From the human T2T-CHM13v2.0 reference genome, Homo sapiens, in NCBI RefSeq assembly GCF_009914755.1, contig NC_060931.1: a stretch of DNA of 64,000 bases, one strand, 5' to 3'. The translations under genes and the position numbers were made by a program. The notes beneath the pieces were generated by a model, which was not told the origin of the DNA, searched no databases, and was given only the letters and a program-made list of their open reading frames with translations. This document shows, piece after piece, positions 1-14,455 of this stretch (the stretch's first letter is position 1; the number at the start of each line of letters is the position of its first letter).

Positions 1-407
1 CCTGGCTGCCTTTCTTCTATGGGCCAATAGCCTCATGGGGCCCTCTATCATTTGCTCTTCACCTACATCTCCATCATCATTTTGCACAAGTCTCCCCTGG
101 CTCTCTCTGCTCCAGCCATGCTCCTTTATGTTCAGTTATTTCCTCATATGTGTTATGCTGTTTCCCACCCTGGGGACGTGTGTTTTTACAAATTATTTCT
201 TCTACACTGAACATATGTTCCTCCCTCTTATTCCTAAGTCTCTACTTCATTTCTTACATGAAAGTATATTTCAGGTACATTTACTCTTAACTATAAACAG
301 AAAAACTTAAATTTCACTAAAAGAAATTAAGGAAAATATTTTTATCCTTTGAGTGAAGACTTTTTTAGTGGAAACACAAAAGAACACATGCCATAAAAAA
401 TAATACT

Positions 408-766
<359 letters not shown>

Positions 767-984
767 TCAAGCCACAGCCTGGAAAAGGCATAAGGAATGC
801 ATGCAAATGAGGAAGAATCAGCATGACACCATTTATGTTCACAAAAGTCCCTTGGCTCCCCTACAGTTCCAGGCTTCACATGCAGTTAAAGTGCTGGGAA
901 CATATGAAGAGGTTCTGAATAACTGGATGTGTGCAGAACTGATGTGGGCAATCCCAAGTCTGGCCCTTAGAAATAACTTGTGGC

Positions 985-1865
<881 letters not shown>

Positions 1866-2242
1866 CCCTTCAACTCTTTTGCCATGCCCTAATAAACCTG
1901 GGAGCTACGCAATACAGATTGACTAATGATAATATGGAAGCAGCCTGGCTCACTGGGTCATAATTTGGTGAAAAACCATGAAAGAAAGCTACTTATGGCC
2001 TGCTGGGCTTTGTGGACATGGGAAGTAAGACTTCATAGAATTAAGCCAATGAGATTTTAAGATTTATTTTTATTTTTTTTTCTGTAGCATAGCTGTTCTT
2101 ATCTAATAGAGTTAGTATCTACAATGGGTAAAGCATTCTCATAACTTACTAAGACAATCCAATAAAATGGCAATACTTAGTCTAAATAGGCATTTCACAG
2201 AAAAGTAAACATAAATTAACACTAACATAAAAATAGGTTCTT

Positions 2243-2541
2243 GGGCTAGGTGCAGTGGTTCATTCCTGTAATCCCAGCACTTTGGGAGGCTGAGGTGGGC
2301 AGATCACTTGAGGTCAGGGGTTCGAGACAAGCCTGGCCAACATGGTGAGACCCCATAGCTATAAAAAATACAAAAAATTAGCCAGTCATGGTGGGATGTG
2401 CCTGTGGTCCCAGCAGCTACTCGGGAGACTGAGGCACAAGAATCACTTGAACCTGGGAGGCAGAGGTTGCGGTGAGCCAAGATCACCCCCTGCACTCCAG
2501 ACTGGGTGACAGAGCAGGACTCCGTCTTAAAAAAAAAAAAA
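2243..2541 (+). mobile_element. Alu (S-type)
   Basis: Alu consensus; AATAGGTTCTT flanking duplication. Confidence 0.9.
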
Positions 2542-2717
2542 AGAATAGGTTCTTAACCTCACTTAGAATCAGAGTATTCCAATCTGAAACAGTAAATTAT
2601 GAATGCAAACTTATCAGATTTTGAAGACTGGAAAGTCTTCAAAGAAATGATAGTCCCAAATATGAGAAAAGATGTGGACTAGTGGAACTGTATTATACTA
2701 CAGAAGAAAATTATAAC

Positions 2718-3078
2718 TGATATGGTTTTGTTCTGTGTCGCCACCCTCATCTCAAATTGTAATCCCCATGTGTCAAGGGAGGGAACTGGTGGGAGGTGAT
2801 TGGATCATGGGGGTGGTTTTCCCTGTGCCGTTCTCCTAATAGCGAGTGAATTCTCACAGGGCCTGATGGTTTATGAGTGGCAGTTTTCCCTTCTCTTTCT
2901 CTGTCCTGCTGCCATGTGAGACGTGCCTTGCTTCCCTTCTCCTTCTGCCATGATTGTAAGTTTCCTGAGGCCTTCTCAGCCATGTGGAACTGTAAGTCAA
3001 ATAAACCTCTTTCCTTTATAAATTAAATTACCCAGTCCCTGGTATTTCTTCATAGCAGTGTGAAAACAGACTAATACA
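2718..3078 (+). mobile_element. MaLR solo LTR (THE1D/MSTA-like)
   Basis: TGATATGGTTT...AATAAACCTCTTTCCTTTATAAATT...CAGACTAATACA; ATAAC/ATAAT 5-bp TSD. Confidence 0.88.
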
Positions 3079-3147
3079 ATAATTATATCAGAAAACCCTT
3101 TCTGAGATATATTCTGACAAGCAACATTTTGAAACAAATTAGCAATA

Positions 3148-3283
3148 TAGTTGACCCTCTATATCAGCTGATTTGGAACCCAAGGATACCAAAGGCTGAC
3201 GGTAAGGAAGGTGGGCACCCTTGGATTAGGATATCAGCAGGGTTTCCTGGAACCAATCCCCTCAGGATACTAAGAGATGACTG
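3148..3283. mobile_element. MER2/Tigger-like DNA transposon remnant
   Basis: TAGTTGACCCTCTATATC ... GGAACCAATCCCCTCAGGATACTAAGAGATGACTG, inverted-end-like termini. Confidence 0.55.
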
Positions 3284-3529
3284 TGTGTTTAAATTACTTG
3301 AGTTCCTTTCATTGTCTTTAGGGTCCATCATGGAGAATTGAGTTGTCAATATTTATTTTAGCCATTTTGAAGGTTTTAATTGATATTTAAAAATTAACAC
3401 TTAAAAACTGTGGTTATACATATATGTATAACCATGGTTTTACATATATATATATAATATATAGTATATACATTACCACAGTTTTATATACAAATATAAA
3501 ATACATATTACCACAGTTTTTAAATGTTA

Positions 3530-5640
3530 ATTTTTAAATGTTTTATATGTACATAAAACATACAATTTTTCACCTTAACAATTTTAAAATATACAATTAA
3601 GTGGAATCACGTACATTCACAAGGTTGTAGAACCATCACTGCTGTTTCCAAATGTTTTTCATGATCTCAAAGAGAAACTACACCCATTAAGCAATAACTC
3701 CATCTTTCCCATGCTTCTCAGCTTCTGGTAGCCTCTAATCTACCGTTTGTTTATATGAATTTACCAACTCTAGATAGTTAATTGATGGGAAATTATAAAA
3801 TATATCTCCCTTTGTGTCTGTCTTCTTTCACTTAGCCTAATGCTTTCAAGATTCATCCATATTGTAGCATGTGTCAGAATTTTACTCCTTTATATAGCTG
3901 AATAATACTTCATCGTGTGTATAGACCACATTTTGTTTATCTCATCATCAGCTGATGGACTTGTGGGTTGTTTCCACCTTTTGACTATTATAAATAATCT
4001 TGCAATAAACACTGGCCTACAAGTATCTGTCTGCTTTCCTGCTTTCAATTATTCTGGGTGTATACCTAGGGGTGGAATTGCTGAGTCACATGGGAATTCT
4101 ACATTTGACATTTTGAGCAACTGCCCAACAGTGTTTTACAGCAGCCTCAGCATTTTATATTCCCACAACAGTGTAAAAGCCTTCCAGTTTCTTCACAGCC
4201 TTGCCAACACTTAATTTCTGTTTTGTTCTTCTTTTTAAAAATTATTACAGCCATGCTGGTAAATGCGAAGTGATACCTCATTGCGGTTTTGATTTACATG
4301 TTCCTAATAATTAATGATGTTAAGCATCTTTTTTTGAACTTTTACTTTAAATTTGAAAATTGTATTATGTATACTTCAGGTACATAACATGACATGATGA
4401 GATACACACCTATAGGAAAATGGTTACTATAGTGAAACAAATTAATATAGCCATCATCTCACATAGTTACCCATTTACTCCCTGTGGCAATAACAGATAT
4501 AATTTACTCATTTGGAAAAAATTCTGAATATATGAACTATAGTTTTCATGTGGCACATTAGATCTTTAGACTTCTTCATCCTGCCTATCTGCTATCTTGT
4601 ATCATTTGGCCTAAATATTCCCATTTCCTATTCCCTCCCCCTGCCATCCTCCCATTAACCACTATTTCATTCTCTCTGTATATTTGAGTTTTTACAAATT
4701 TCACATATAAATAATATACACTATTTCTCTGTGTCTGGCTTATTTCACTTAGCCTAATGTCCTCCAGGTTCATCTATGTTTGTTGTGGTAAATGGCAAGA
4801 TCTCATTTTTTTTTTAGGATCAAATAATACTCCATTGTATATGTATGCCACAGTTTCTTCATCCATTTGTCCATCAGTAGACACTTAGGTTGTTTCCATA
4901 TCTTGGCTATTGTAAATAATGCTGCAATGAACATGGGAGTGCAGATGTCTCCAAAAGGTGGGATTTCATTTTCTTTGTGTATATACCAAGAAAAGAGATT
5001 GCTGGGTCATATAATTCTATTTTTAATTTCTTTAGGAACATCTACACTAATTTTCTTAATGAGTGCATCAATCTACTTTTCCACCAACAGTGTATAAAAG
5101 TTCCTTTTTCTCCACACTCTTGCAACTTATCTTTTTAATAATAGCTATCTTAATGGGTGTGAGGTGCTATCTCATAGCAGTTTTGATTTTCACTTTTCTA
5201 ACATTTAGTGATATTGAACATCTTGGCCATTTTTATGCCTTCTTGGTAGAAATGTCTGTTTAGGTCCTTTGCTCAGTTTAAATAGGGTTATATGTTCTCT
5301 TGCCAAAGAGTTGTATGGGGTCTTTATATATTTGGTATATTAATCTCTTATCTGACATATGGTTTGCAAATATTTTTTCCAAATCCATAGGTTGCCTTTT
5401 CATGTTGTTGATTGTTTAATTTGCTGTGCAGAAGCTTTTCAGTTTGATTTAGTCCCATTTATTTTTGCTTTTGTAGCCTGAACTTTTTGTATGATATCGA
5501 AGAAATCATTGCCAAGGCCAACGTCAAAGAGCTTTTCCAACATGTTGCATGTAATAAACTGAACTTAGATAGAAGACCTAAACATTAGATATTAAGCATC
5601 TTTTCATATATTATTGATCATTTGTATATCTTCTTAGGAG
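3530..5640 (-). mobile_element. Old L1 (L1M) 3' fragments, nested
   Basis: Antisense L1 3'UTR/ORF2 motifs (TTCACTTAGCCTAATG, GTTGTTTCCATATCTTGGCTATTGT, GCAGAAGCTTTTCAGTTTGAT). Confidence 0.8.
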
Positions 5641-7843
5641 GCAATGGCTTTTCTTTTCCAGTTGTTTTTTAGTTTTTCTTTGTCTTTAGATTTTAGTAGT
5701 TTTATGATTGTAAGGCTAAATGAGGTTGGGGTTGAACTTCACTTGGGAGATTTGTCGCTGTTAGTGTTTTTAGTGCATATTCTGAAACATTTTTAATAGA
5801 CTGTACAACAGAGAATAAGTAAATTCATTGACATTACTGGGAAACAGAGTTCTTACAAAGGGAAGAGAGATACAATAAGAAATAGGGAAAGACAAGGAAG
5901 AAATCTGCGGTGTTTATTTGAATTGGAGGTATCAATATGAACTTATTATTTAAAAATTATGTATTTCCTAACTCTAACCATACAATATGTAAGAAGCAAT
6001 ATGAAGTCGATGGACAATTGCTTTATTTCTTTGTACTTGTGTTCCCAGTAGTAATGGGCAGAATTATTGCATGTTATTTAATTTCTAAATGTTTCTAAAA
6101 GAAACAAAGCAGAAATGGCTTCTTCTAGATCCAGAGCAGGGAAAGTCAAAAACATCTTTTGGCAGAAATCAAGGAAGTTTCATGACCCAGAAAACATAGA
6201 AAAAAGCCACAGAACCAGTTTCATGGGGCTCCCAGTAGCCAAACACGAGTATCTAAACATTAGAGCATAATAATGAGGACACTGAATTATAACAAATTTT
6301 AAAAATCTATAAGGCTATAATGACAATAAAAAGATGTAGGTAAGAATGTCTTCGTTACAGAATAATGCTAGTTACTAAATTTCATTAGAAAATCAATGTA
6401 GCCATTAATGTAGTTACAGACAGAGACCATCAGTTGATGTCAAAACCAACATCTGAAAGGTTATTGGAGACCAAGATATCTATATTGTGTCAAAGTATCA
6501 CTCCACTAATTGCTTATTAACTATAAAATATAAATGATATCTTTGCAATGGAGAGATCTGATGTCTGTGATGTTAAATTTAGTATCGCCAAAAATGTGTA
6601 AAGACAGCATTATATGTTCTTGTAATTGATCGGATGCAATGGGAAACACACATCAACTATGGCATGGTATTTGCCAAAATATTTAACCTCTGATAATGTG
6701 GAAATTCTGATTGGGGGTCATTTTACCAGTCAGCTGACATGGACTCTTACAAAAATCAAGACCATGAAAGTTGGAAAATATAAGTGGGCCAAAGAGATGT
6801 CTAGTTTAAAAGTAGCTAAAAAGACCTGACAACCAAAAGAAATGCATAATCTTTGATAATGTCCTGTAGAAAAAAAATTAAAACCAAAGGACACATTGGT
6901 ACAACTGGAGAAAGGGGAATGTGAAGCATATATGAGAAAATAATGTTATATGAATATTAAGTTTTTGAGTGTAATAAAGGCATTTGTGGTTTTCTAAGAT
7001 AATGGCCTCTTTTTAGGAGAGACATACTGAATCGTTAAGAATAAAGTGTTTTATTTCAGAAATTGAGGGTAAAATACACAAAAAGAGATAAAGCAAATGT
7101 CAAAAGATGTTAATAATTGAAATACATTTTAATATTCTCTTTGTTGTATGATTCAGCTCTTCCAAAAGTGTCAGTTTTTTAAACAAAATTAGAAGAAAAA
7201 AATCTTAAGATCTTGAAATGTTGGCATGATTTCAGTTTTGTGGTGGCTATTTATTATATTCATTTTCAATATCTTTGAAATATTCTATAATTACCATAAA
7301 ACAAACACACAAGATAAGGTTTCTTTTAGCCCTATAGTGTACTTTTTCTATAGGGACAGGCTATGATTTTTAAAAGTCCCCCCAAAAGATAAGAGAATTT
7401 ATAGTCTGAGGACAAAATAGCTGATATCTCTGAGATGAGCACAAAACTTAGCTAACAATGCATGTCAAGAAGCTGTTTAGTAAATACACAGGACTGTTTT
7501 AACTGAAACAGGAGATTCTGAGTTCCCTACAGGTTGGTCAAGAACTCACAGATGTTGGGGAATTGCCTGAATGTAAGCAGAGGAGTGGTAGTGCTTGTCC
7601 TAAATTGTGGTTGGATAATATGTGTTTGTGTAACAGGGAGGGGGCTCTAGCAGGACTGAAACACTGTCTGTGGGGAGGAGTCTCTAGCAGGACAGAAGGA
7701 TCACATGGAGCTGGAATGAATTCCCTTCAGTCCCCCACAAACACTGTCTGATAGTAGCCCTGATCTAATTTCCATTGTTTAGAAGTCCCACCACTCTCCC
7801 TGAGCCATGGCTGGAGGGCCTAAGCCCAGTGGCTCTGAACCAT

Positions 7844-7862
7844 TGGCCATCAGGAGGCACTG
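7844..7862 (+). promoter_or_regulatory. Candidate CTCF site
   Basis: TGGCCATCAGGAGGCACTG matches the CCASYAGRKGGCRS core. Confidence 0.6.
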
Positions 7863-8390
7863 AGGTTTGATGGCGTCCAAATGTTTTTGAAACAGGGCTA
7901 AGTATTGCCTGAGAAGTTGAGTTTAAAGGAAAAGTGTGGCTTCATCCTAGCATTCAGTATCTAGTTTGCAGGTGTTTTGAGTGGTCAATGGAAACTCATC
8001 TTTCTCCACTGATGCCAGTGGGTTCTGTTCGGCAGTGAAATCTGAACTGTAGCAAACCATTGAGTGGAGAATCTTCTGAGCCCACTTGAGGGGTAGATGG
8101 AGGAGAGCCAGGAGCCAACCTGAATGCTCACAGACCCATGCAGAGGAACAAGTGCCTCCTTGGGAGAACATCAGAGAAACCTTAGCACCTAACCTATTCT
8201 AGTGTGTCCTGGACGATGGACAGGAGAATGTAAGGGGAATGTAGAAGATGGGAGTGGACAACTGTAGATGTTTCCAGATATCTCAAATTGCAGTAACACC
8301 ACAAATATTCTTAACAAGAACCAGATTTTCCAGAACTCTGGCATTTCCTTCCCTGAGCAATGAGACGGCCCTTTGGGCCCTGACACAATC

Positions 8391-8800
8391 ATGGGTGTTT
8401 TTTGTTCATTTGTTTTGGTGCTCAGGAAGCAGGGGAGGCATGAGAATACCTGGGGAATGTCTTTCCTAGAAATAGGATGCCCCAATTTCAAGTATTTCAC
8501 ATGCAGCTTGATAGGTCCTGTCTCCAGCCACCCAGCCTCCACTCTCTCAATGCTGTTGTCATCCAGGGCCCTAAGCTCTGGTCACACGGATGGAAGAGGT
8601 AGTGACACTGTGATGTGAAGACACTTTCCACCATGAAATTATTAATTGGTGTCAATATAAGGCAGGCTCCGACTAGCAGCTTTTCTACCACAATGATAGA
8701 CAATTTATATGGAAAAGAGATGGTTCTGATAATTCTACACTCACAGGTCTTCACCTGATAACCTTGACATGTGTCCCCTAGGTTTTAGGAACTTGGATTC
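8391..8800 (+). pseudogene. TRBV relic, TRBV15-like, upstream of TRBV11-3
   Basis: Leader-like ATGGGTG...AGGAAGCAG 8391-8432. The V-like reading from 8549 is NAVVIQGPK/LVTRMEEVVTL*CEDTFHHEIINWCQYKAGSD*QLFYHNDRQF...DN.../LDMCPLG, which aligns to TRBV15 with frameshifts and stops. Confidence 0.8.
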
Positions 8801-9654
8801 CTTTAGGCTGAGTTGTACTATTCCCTTTCTCTGAACACACATGTCATTGGTTAGTTCATTCATATTGATTCTCAGGACTTCTCCAATCCCTCAAGCCTTC
8901 CCACTCTACCACTCAGATAAGGAGAAGTGTGTCTTAACTAATGTTGCATAATTTTTTAAAAATTGCTGGATACTAACACTGCAATTCAATTGTAAAATAT
9001 GATAGAGGTGTAAGTGTTTTAGATCCCAGAAGTCCTGCTCAATTTTGCATTTATTGTTAGATATTCACCCTGATATTTTCAGGAATTAGAGTGTTCTTCA
9101 TCCATTTGGGTTAAGATATCAGAACTTACTTTCAATTCATTGGTGACCAGAGACTACAGGCAGAATCATAGTGAAGGCTTGATACATAATACATAATGAA
9201 GATTGATAACAGCAAAAAGGGAACTAGTCATTGGCCTTCAGATAAAATGAAACCTCCCAACTTTGTGCTCAGGGAATTATTTTACCCCTTTAGGTTAGAG
9301 TATGTCAGCTAGTTCAATGCAGTTCTAGGATAAAGCTGTGTCAATTACCCTAGAGGACTGGGAGCATGGAGGACCTGGTAGAAAAGAAATACCCAAAGAG
9401 AAGGAAAATTACACATAAAATCAAGAGGTCACTAATTGATATATCTATTTTGAGTTGCCTTTGAGACTTCCACGTAGAAACATCTAGCACAGGATAGGCC
9501 TAGAGATGTAGTGACAGATCTAATCCCCCAAGCCCTGAATATGTGAGTGAGGACGCTTGGATGAACTTCCAGTCTATGAATACATTAAACAAACTTTTAG
9601 CTCTGTTTTAGTTTACAACAACTGTTTTCTAAGAACTTAAGCATTTGTGGAGAC

Positions 9655-9664
9655 AATGATGTCA
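9655..9664 (+). promoter_or_regulatory. Vbeta promoter CRE-like decamer
   Basis: AATGATGTCA about 100 bp upstream of the ATG; matches the AGTGAYRTCA Vbeta decamer. Confidence 0.8.
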
Positions 9665-9765
9665 CTGTAGGAACTTCTCTGTAAGGACAGCAACATCCCA
9701 CTTCCTCTGCTCCTGCTCACAGTGACCCTGATCTGGCAAAGCTTCCATCCTGCCCTGACCCTGCC

Positions 9766-10203
9766 ATGGGTACCAGGCTCCTCTGCTGGGTGGCCTTCTG
9801 TCTCCTGGTGGAAGGTGAGTCCTAGGAACACCATGATCCTCACATAATCTCCCAGTGATTATTCTAGTCATTTCCTTCTATTTTAAAATTCTTTTTCCCC
9901 CACAGAACTCATAGAAGCTGGAGTGGTTCAGTCTCCCAGATATAAGATTATAGAGAAAAAACAGCCTGTGGCTTTTTGGTGCAATCCTATTTCTGGCCAC
10001 AATACCCTTTACTGGTACCTGCAGAACTTGGGACAGGGCCCGGAGCTTCTGATTCGATATGAGAATGAGGAAGCAGTAGACGATTCACAGTTGCCTAAGG
10101 ATCGATTTTCTGCAGAGAGGCTCAAAGGAGTAGACTCCACTCTCAAGATCCAGCCTGCAGAGCTTGGGGACTCGGCCGTGTATCTCTGTGCCAGCAGCTT
10201 AGA
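9766..10203 (+). CDS. TRBV11-3: TCR beta variable 11-3, germline V segment (leader exon 9766-9814, V exon 9906-10203)
   Basis: CTGCC-ATG start; 49-nt leader [16 protein letters not shown]; GTGAGT donor at 9815; CACAG acceptor ending 9905. The V exon reads [35 protein letters not shown]...[11 protein letters not shown] with conserved Cys/Trp/Cys, and an RSS follows. Confidence 0.96.
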
Positions 10204-10242
10204 CACAGTGTAGCAGAGACACTTCCCTCCTGTGCAGAAAAC
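10204..10242 (+). other. 23-RSS of TRBV11-3
   Basis: CACAGTG heptamer 10204-10210, 23-nt spacer, GCAGAAAAC nonamer 10234-10242. Confidence 0.95.
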
Positions 10243-13033
10243 CGCAGGACTCTCTCCTCTCTACTCAGCTCACAGCAGCCTTTCCTTATTCCTCATCCTC
10301 CCAGGAAAGAAGTGAGTTTTCAGATATAGCTAGGATTCATATAGTGGGAGGAAATGAACTATTTCTTACAACATGAGCGCTATAATTGTTGCTTGAAAAT
10401 GTGTCTCAGGGATTTGAAACACTTCTTGGGGACAACTCAAGAAACCTAAAGTGACTTATCAGAGATTGAGTCCTCAGGGGTAGTGATGGTTTATCTCCCA
10501 TAAAAGTATGTGATCATGAAACATGTACAATAAACTTAATAATACAGATAGTGATTATACCAAGCAGCAAACAGCAGGCTCCCCTTATGTAGTTGTCAGC
10601 ATGTGAATGACTTGTTACCCTTAGTGACACCCCGGCTGTCTAGCAAAGTCTCAACACACAGTATGTGTTTGGAAATCTTTTTCCTTCTGTTTTATTTTTG
10701 GTAAAGTATGCTAATAATGATGTTGTTAATGATAGTGATTATAATTTCAGGTATGTTATTCAGCCCTTTTTCCAGTTCAAAGAAATGCACACAAATGGAT
10801 ACCCCGGCAACCAGGTGCAAATCTTAGCTCCACATGAATTCTACTTCTCCTGAACTCTCTAACTCTTCTATGTAATCATCCCAGCCCAAGAATATATCTA
10901 GACCTGGACCAGTCAGTTCAGAGGACATTTCTACGTGTCTGCCTTGTATATTAAAAGTTCCTTAGTGGATTGAAATATTCCTTGTAAGAACTTCTGAAGC
11001 AATCAATTGCCCTCTCTGATAATATACACTCTGTGTGTCTAGCTCCATATTCATTACTCTACTTCTGCCTAAACTCTCTAATACTAGAAATCTTTCTGAA
11101 GTATTGGTTAGAATTACTTAAAAAGCAGCATACTGGAAATTGTCTGAAAGCACTGTCACTGTCCATTTGCCCCTCCTGACTTCCCTCCCCTCCTTATCCA
11201 ATCTAATACCTGATGGCAAGTCAGGCTTTATTTCCATTTGTTCATTGCACATCTCCCTGTCCTTTATTCCTGTAATAAAACCTCACTGATGTGATGGATT
11301 AAAATGACCACTCACTCACCATCTCCTTGTCAAAATTTCTATTTTTTTCTTTTCCCAATCTGCTATGTTAGTTATAGTTAATAACTCCCTCATAACATTT
11401 TCTGAGATCACTTTTTATTATTTGAATATAGGACACACAGTTGTTTCAGAGTCTGTCTGATCATTTTCACCTCTAAGATCTTCATAGGATATTTTTGTGA
11501 TTTTCTTTTTGTGCTGCTTCTCAGTTATGGTGCTTGAGTTTTCATGGCATTTGTATTTCTCCTTACCAATCTGATGATGTTTGACACTTTGCCAAACACT
11601 ATAGTTGTAGAAATAATTTTGGGGGTAGGATGGATATTTTTCTGCAGAGATCATTTTTCTGTGCTTCTGAAAGTGCATGTAGATATAAACAGTCAGGCTC
11701 CCTGAATCACAGTTTAAGGCTTGAGGTGTCCTGGAGCATCTGGAGAACAGGTTTGTCTCTGGCTTATTGTTACTAGTGGAATTTGGCAATGACACGTTCG
11801 GTATGTTCTGGGCTTTGCCTTTACCCCCGTGGCCTGTGAGTCAGCTTCCTGAGTGCTGAGTCAGGATCTGCAAATGCCCGCTAGGGCAAATGGACTGCTG
11901 TGCTCACCTCCCGGAGCTCTTGCCCTCACCAACATTCCAGCCAAATTATTATTATTTTTTTAGGACTTTAACTAAAATTTTTAATGTTGTTTTTGATATT
12001 TTTTTTCCAACTATGTAGATAACAACAGAAAGAGTGAGTGCCATTATCCTTAATTATTGGGATTAAGGTGAAAATAACTTTACCTGGAATTCTAATTTTC
12101 CTTGTATTTTAATGTTAGATTCTTTGTGATTTGTCTAATATTCAACTTAAATGGTATAGAGATGTTAAACTCTGATATCAAATACTTTAAAAAAACTTAT
12201 CAAGACCATTCATAATCCAATTGAGACATATCTTTGTTTGGGGCATGTTGTTTTTAGAGTATTCTTCTACTGTTATTTATTTCTATCACATAACCTCTGT
12301 GTTCCATTGGACCATATGGCAAGATGGGAAAGACAATCAAGAGAATGCTGAGATCTGGTCAAATAGTACAGATTGGGCTTCAAATTAATTTAATTACTGA
12401 GTTCTGGGGGTGGATTTGTGCTGTTTTATGAGTATTTCCCGGGGCAATGGTCAAAATTAGAGGGAGTAACTGATATGTGGCTATTGTTTTACCCCGTTTA
12501 AAACACACCCCATTTTGTGGGGCACCCCGAAAGTAATAATCCTGTTTTAATCTTCCTATTCCTTGCCAAATCTTCTCTACAGAAGGGAAATCAGTTATAC
12601 TATTTCCTCTCTTCATTTTAGTTTAGTCTCTCCTTATTTTCCCGTTTTCCTCCTGGTTCCCTAGAGAAAAGTAGATTATTTTCAACATGTGCTAAGATCA
12701 GTGAGGAACTCTCTCTTCCATGCAGGGTGGCCTGCAGTTTGGAGGGGATAGGGAATGGGTTAAATTCTGTTTCAGCATCATGTTAGCCAGCCCATCGAGT
12801 TTCACAATGAGACCTGCTGCTTATCAGTATTAAAACTGACATTATGTTTCCACCTTTCTGACTGCATTGTCAATGTCTGGGGTGTTTCTGTCCTACCCCA
12901 TAGCACTAATATTATTTGTTGGCCTTTTAACACCAACTAATCATAATATCCTATATCCCTTGTACTCAGTGAAATAAAGCTCAAGTCCCTGTGTCCTGGC
13001 AAAAGAGAGCACATTTGTGCTGTTCTGGCCTAC

Positions 13034-13052
13034 TGGCCACTAGGAGGCACTG
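13034..13052 (+). promoter_or_regulatory. Candidate CTCF site
   Basis: TGGCCACTAGGAGGCACTG, with TGCTGTTC just upstream resembling the CTCF upstream module. Confidence 0.7.
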
Positions 13053-13529
13053 TGGCTTCGATGTCATCCAGAGTCTATGGGGAGGAGCTGAGATTGCTCC
13101 CTGGAAGATGGTTAAGAATAACCCCGAGGTTGGACCTAAATTCAGGGAGTTGGTTTGCAGATGTCTTGAATGATGGCTGGGAATAAAGGAATTAGTAACC
13201 GACGCTTCCTCCATTGTAGAGGTGGGTTTTGCTTTAAATTGTGCTTTGAGTGGGGCTGAGTGACAGGTGTACTTTGCAGTGCATATACCTCTGAGCTCGC
13301 TTAAGATGTAGGGGCACAAGGAGCTGAGGTGGTGCAGGGCCCATGTTCTGAGCTTGGAAAACCAGAGAAGCAGTTCTTGTGTCAAAGGAGCCTTGGAGAG
13401 CCTGGCCCCAAACCAGCCCAGGCCAACCCTACCTGCTCTGTGAGAGTAGAACAGCAAGAAAGGGAGGTGCTACCCAGGACCACAGCAGAGGGACCCTGTC
13501 GCCAGGGAGATGAAAATCACAGTGATGCC

Positions 13530-14455
13530 ACGACCATATCCACGTATGAGGCATAGTCCAGTGTGTCTCCTGGAAGAAGATGAAGCCTGGGCAGACATAA
13601 GAATATGTTTTTGAATAGGCTTCCCTTGGCCTGATTTTAAATTCCTTCCATGTGATCATGCATCTGTCTGTACCTGTATTTTGTACCCGGCTTCTGCCTC
13701 TCACCCATCAGTCCCATGGCTACTAGAAGGTATTAAATTTCTATTGACAAAAATTACCACTAATTTGGTGGCTTACAACAATAAAAATTTATTATCTTAC
13801 AGTTCTGGAGGTTAGAAGTCCAAAACCAGGCTAAAATCCAGGTATTGGCAGGGCTACATTCCTTCCCGAGGCTCTCAGGGAGAACTATTTTTCTCTCCTA
13901 TTCAGCTTCTAGAGGCCACCAGTGTTCCTTGGCTCATGGCCCCATTCAATCTTCAAAGCCAACAAGGACTGGGTGAGCCTTTGCTCACTCTGCATCACTC
14001 TGACACTCACTCTTCATCCTCCCTCTTCCACATTTTAGGACCCTTGTGATTACATTGGGCCCATCTGGAAAATTCAGGACACGCTCCCCATATTAAGGCC
14101 AGCTGATTAGCAACCTTCATTCCATTTGGAACATTCGTTTCTCCCCTTGCCACATAATTTAACACATTCCCAGTTTCTGGGAATTAGACATGTACATCTT
14201 TGAGAGGTCGTCACGCTGCCTGCCACACTTGCTACCTGGTTACACGAAGTAGTAAGCAATTAACTTTTTGAAGGCAGAATTATGGCCATAGTTTTATATC
14301 CTGGGTCCAACAGACCCTGCAAAAGGATAGAGCCCACATGGAAATAGCCCCTCCAGTAACACAAGCTAGTCTGCAAACCAATGCCCTTTTACTTTGGGAA
14401 GTGCTTTTGACTGCAGGGGACTCAGAAGCATGCCTCTGTGCCAACAGCAAAAATG
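13530..14455 (+). pseudogene. TRBV relic upstream of TRBV12-3, split by an MLT1 LTR
   Basis: Leader-like 13530-13579 (GCC-ACG...GTGTCTCCTGGAAGAAG). After the MLT1 it reads YLVTRSSKQLTF (from 14233), QNYGHSFISWVQQTL (from 14275) and GDSEACLCANSK (from 14416). Confidence 0.8.
13731..14227 (-). mobile_element. MLT1 MaLR solo LTR (duplicated at about 17042-17535)
   Basis: ATTTATTATCTTACAGTTCTGGAGG...GGACCCTTGTGATTACATTGGGCCC...CTGCCACA. Confidence 0.85.
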
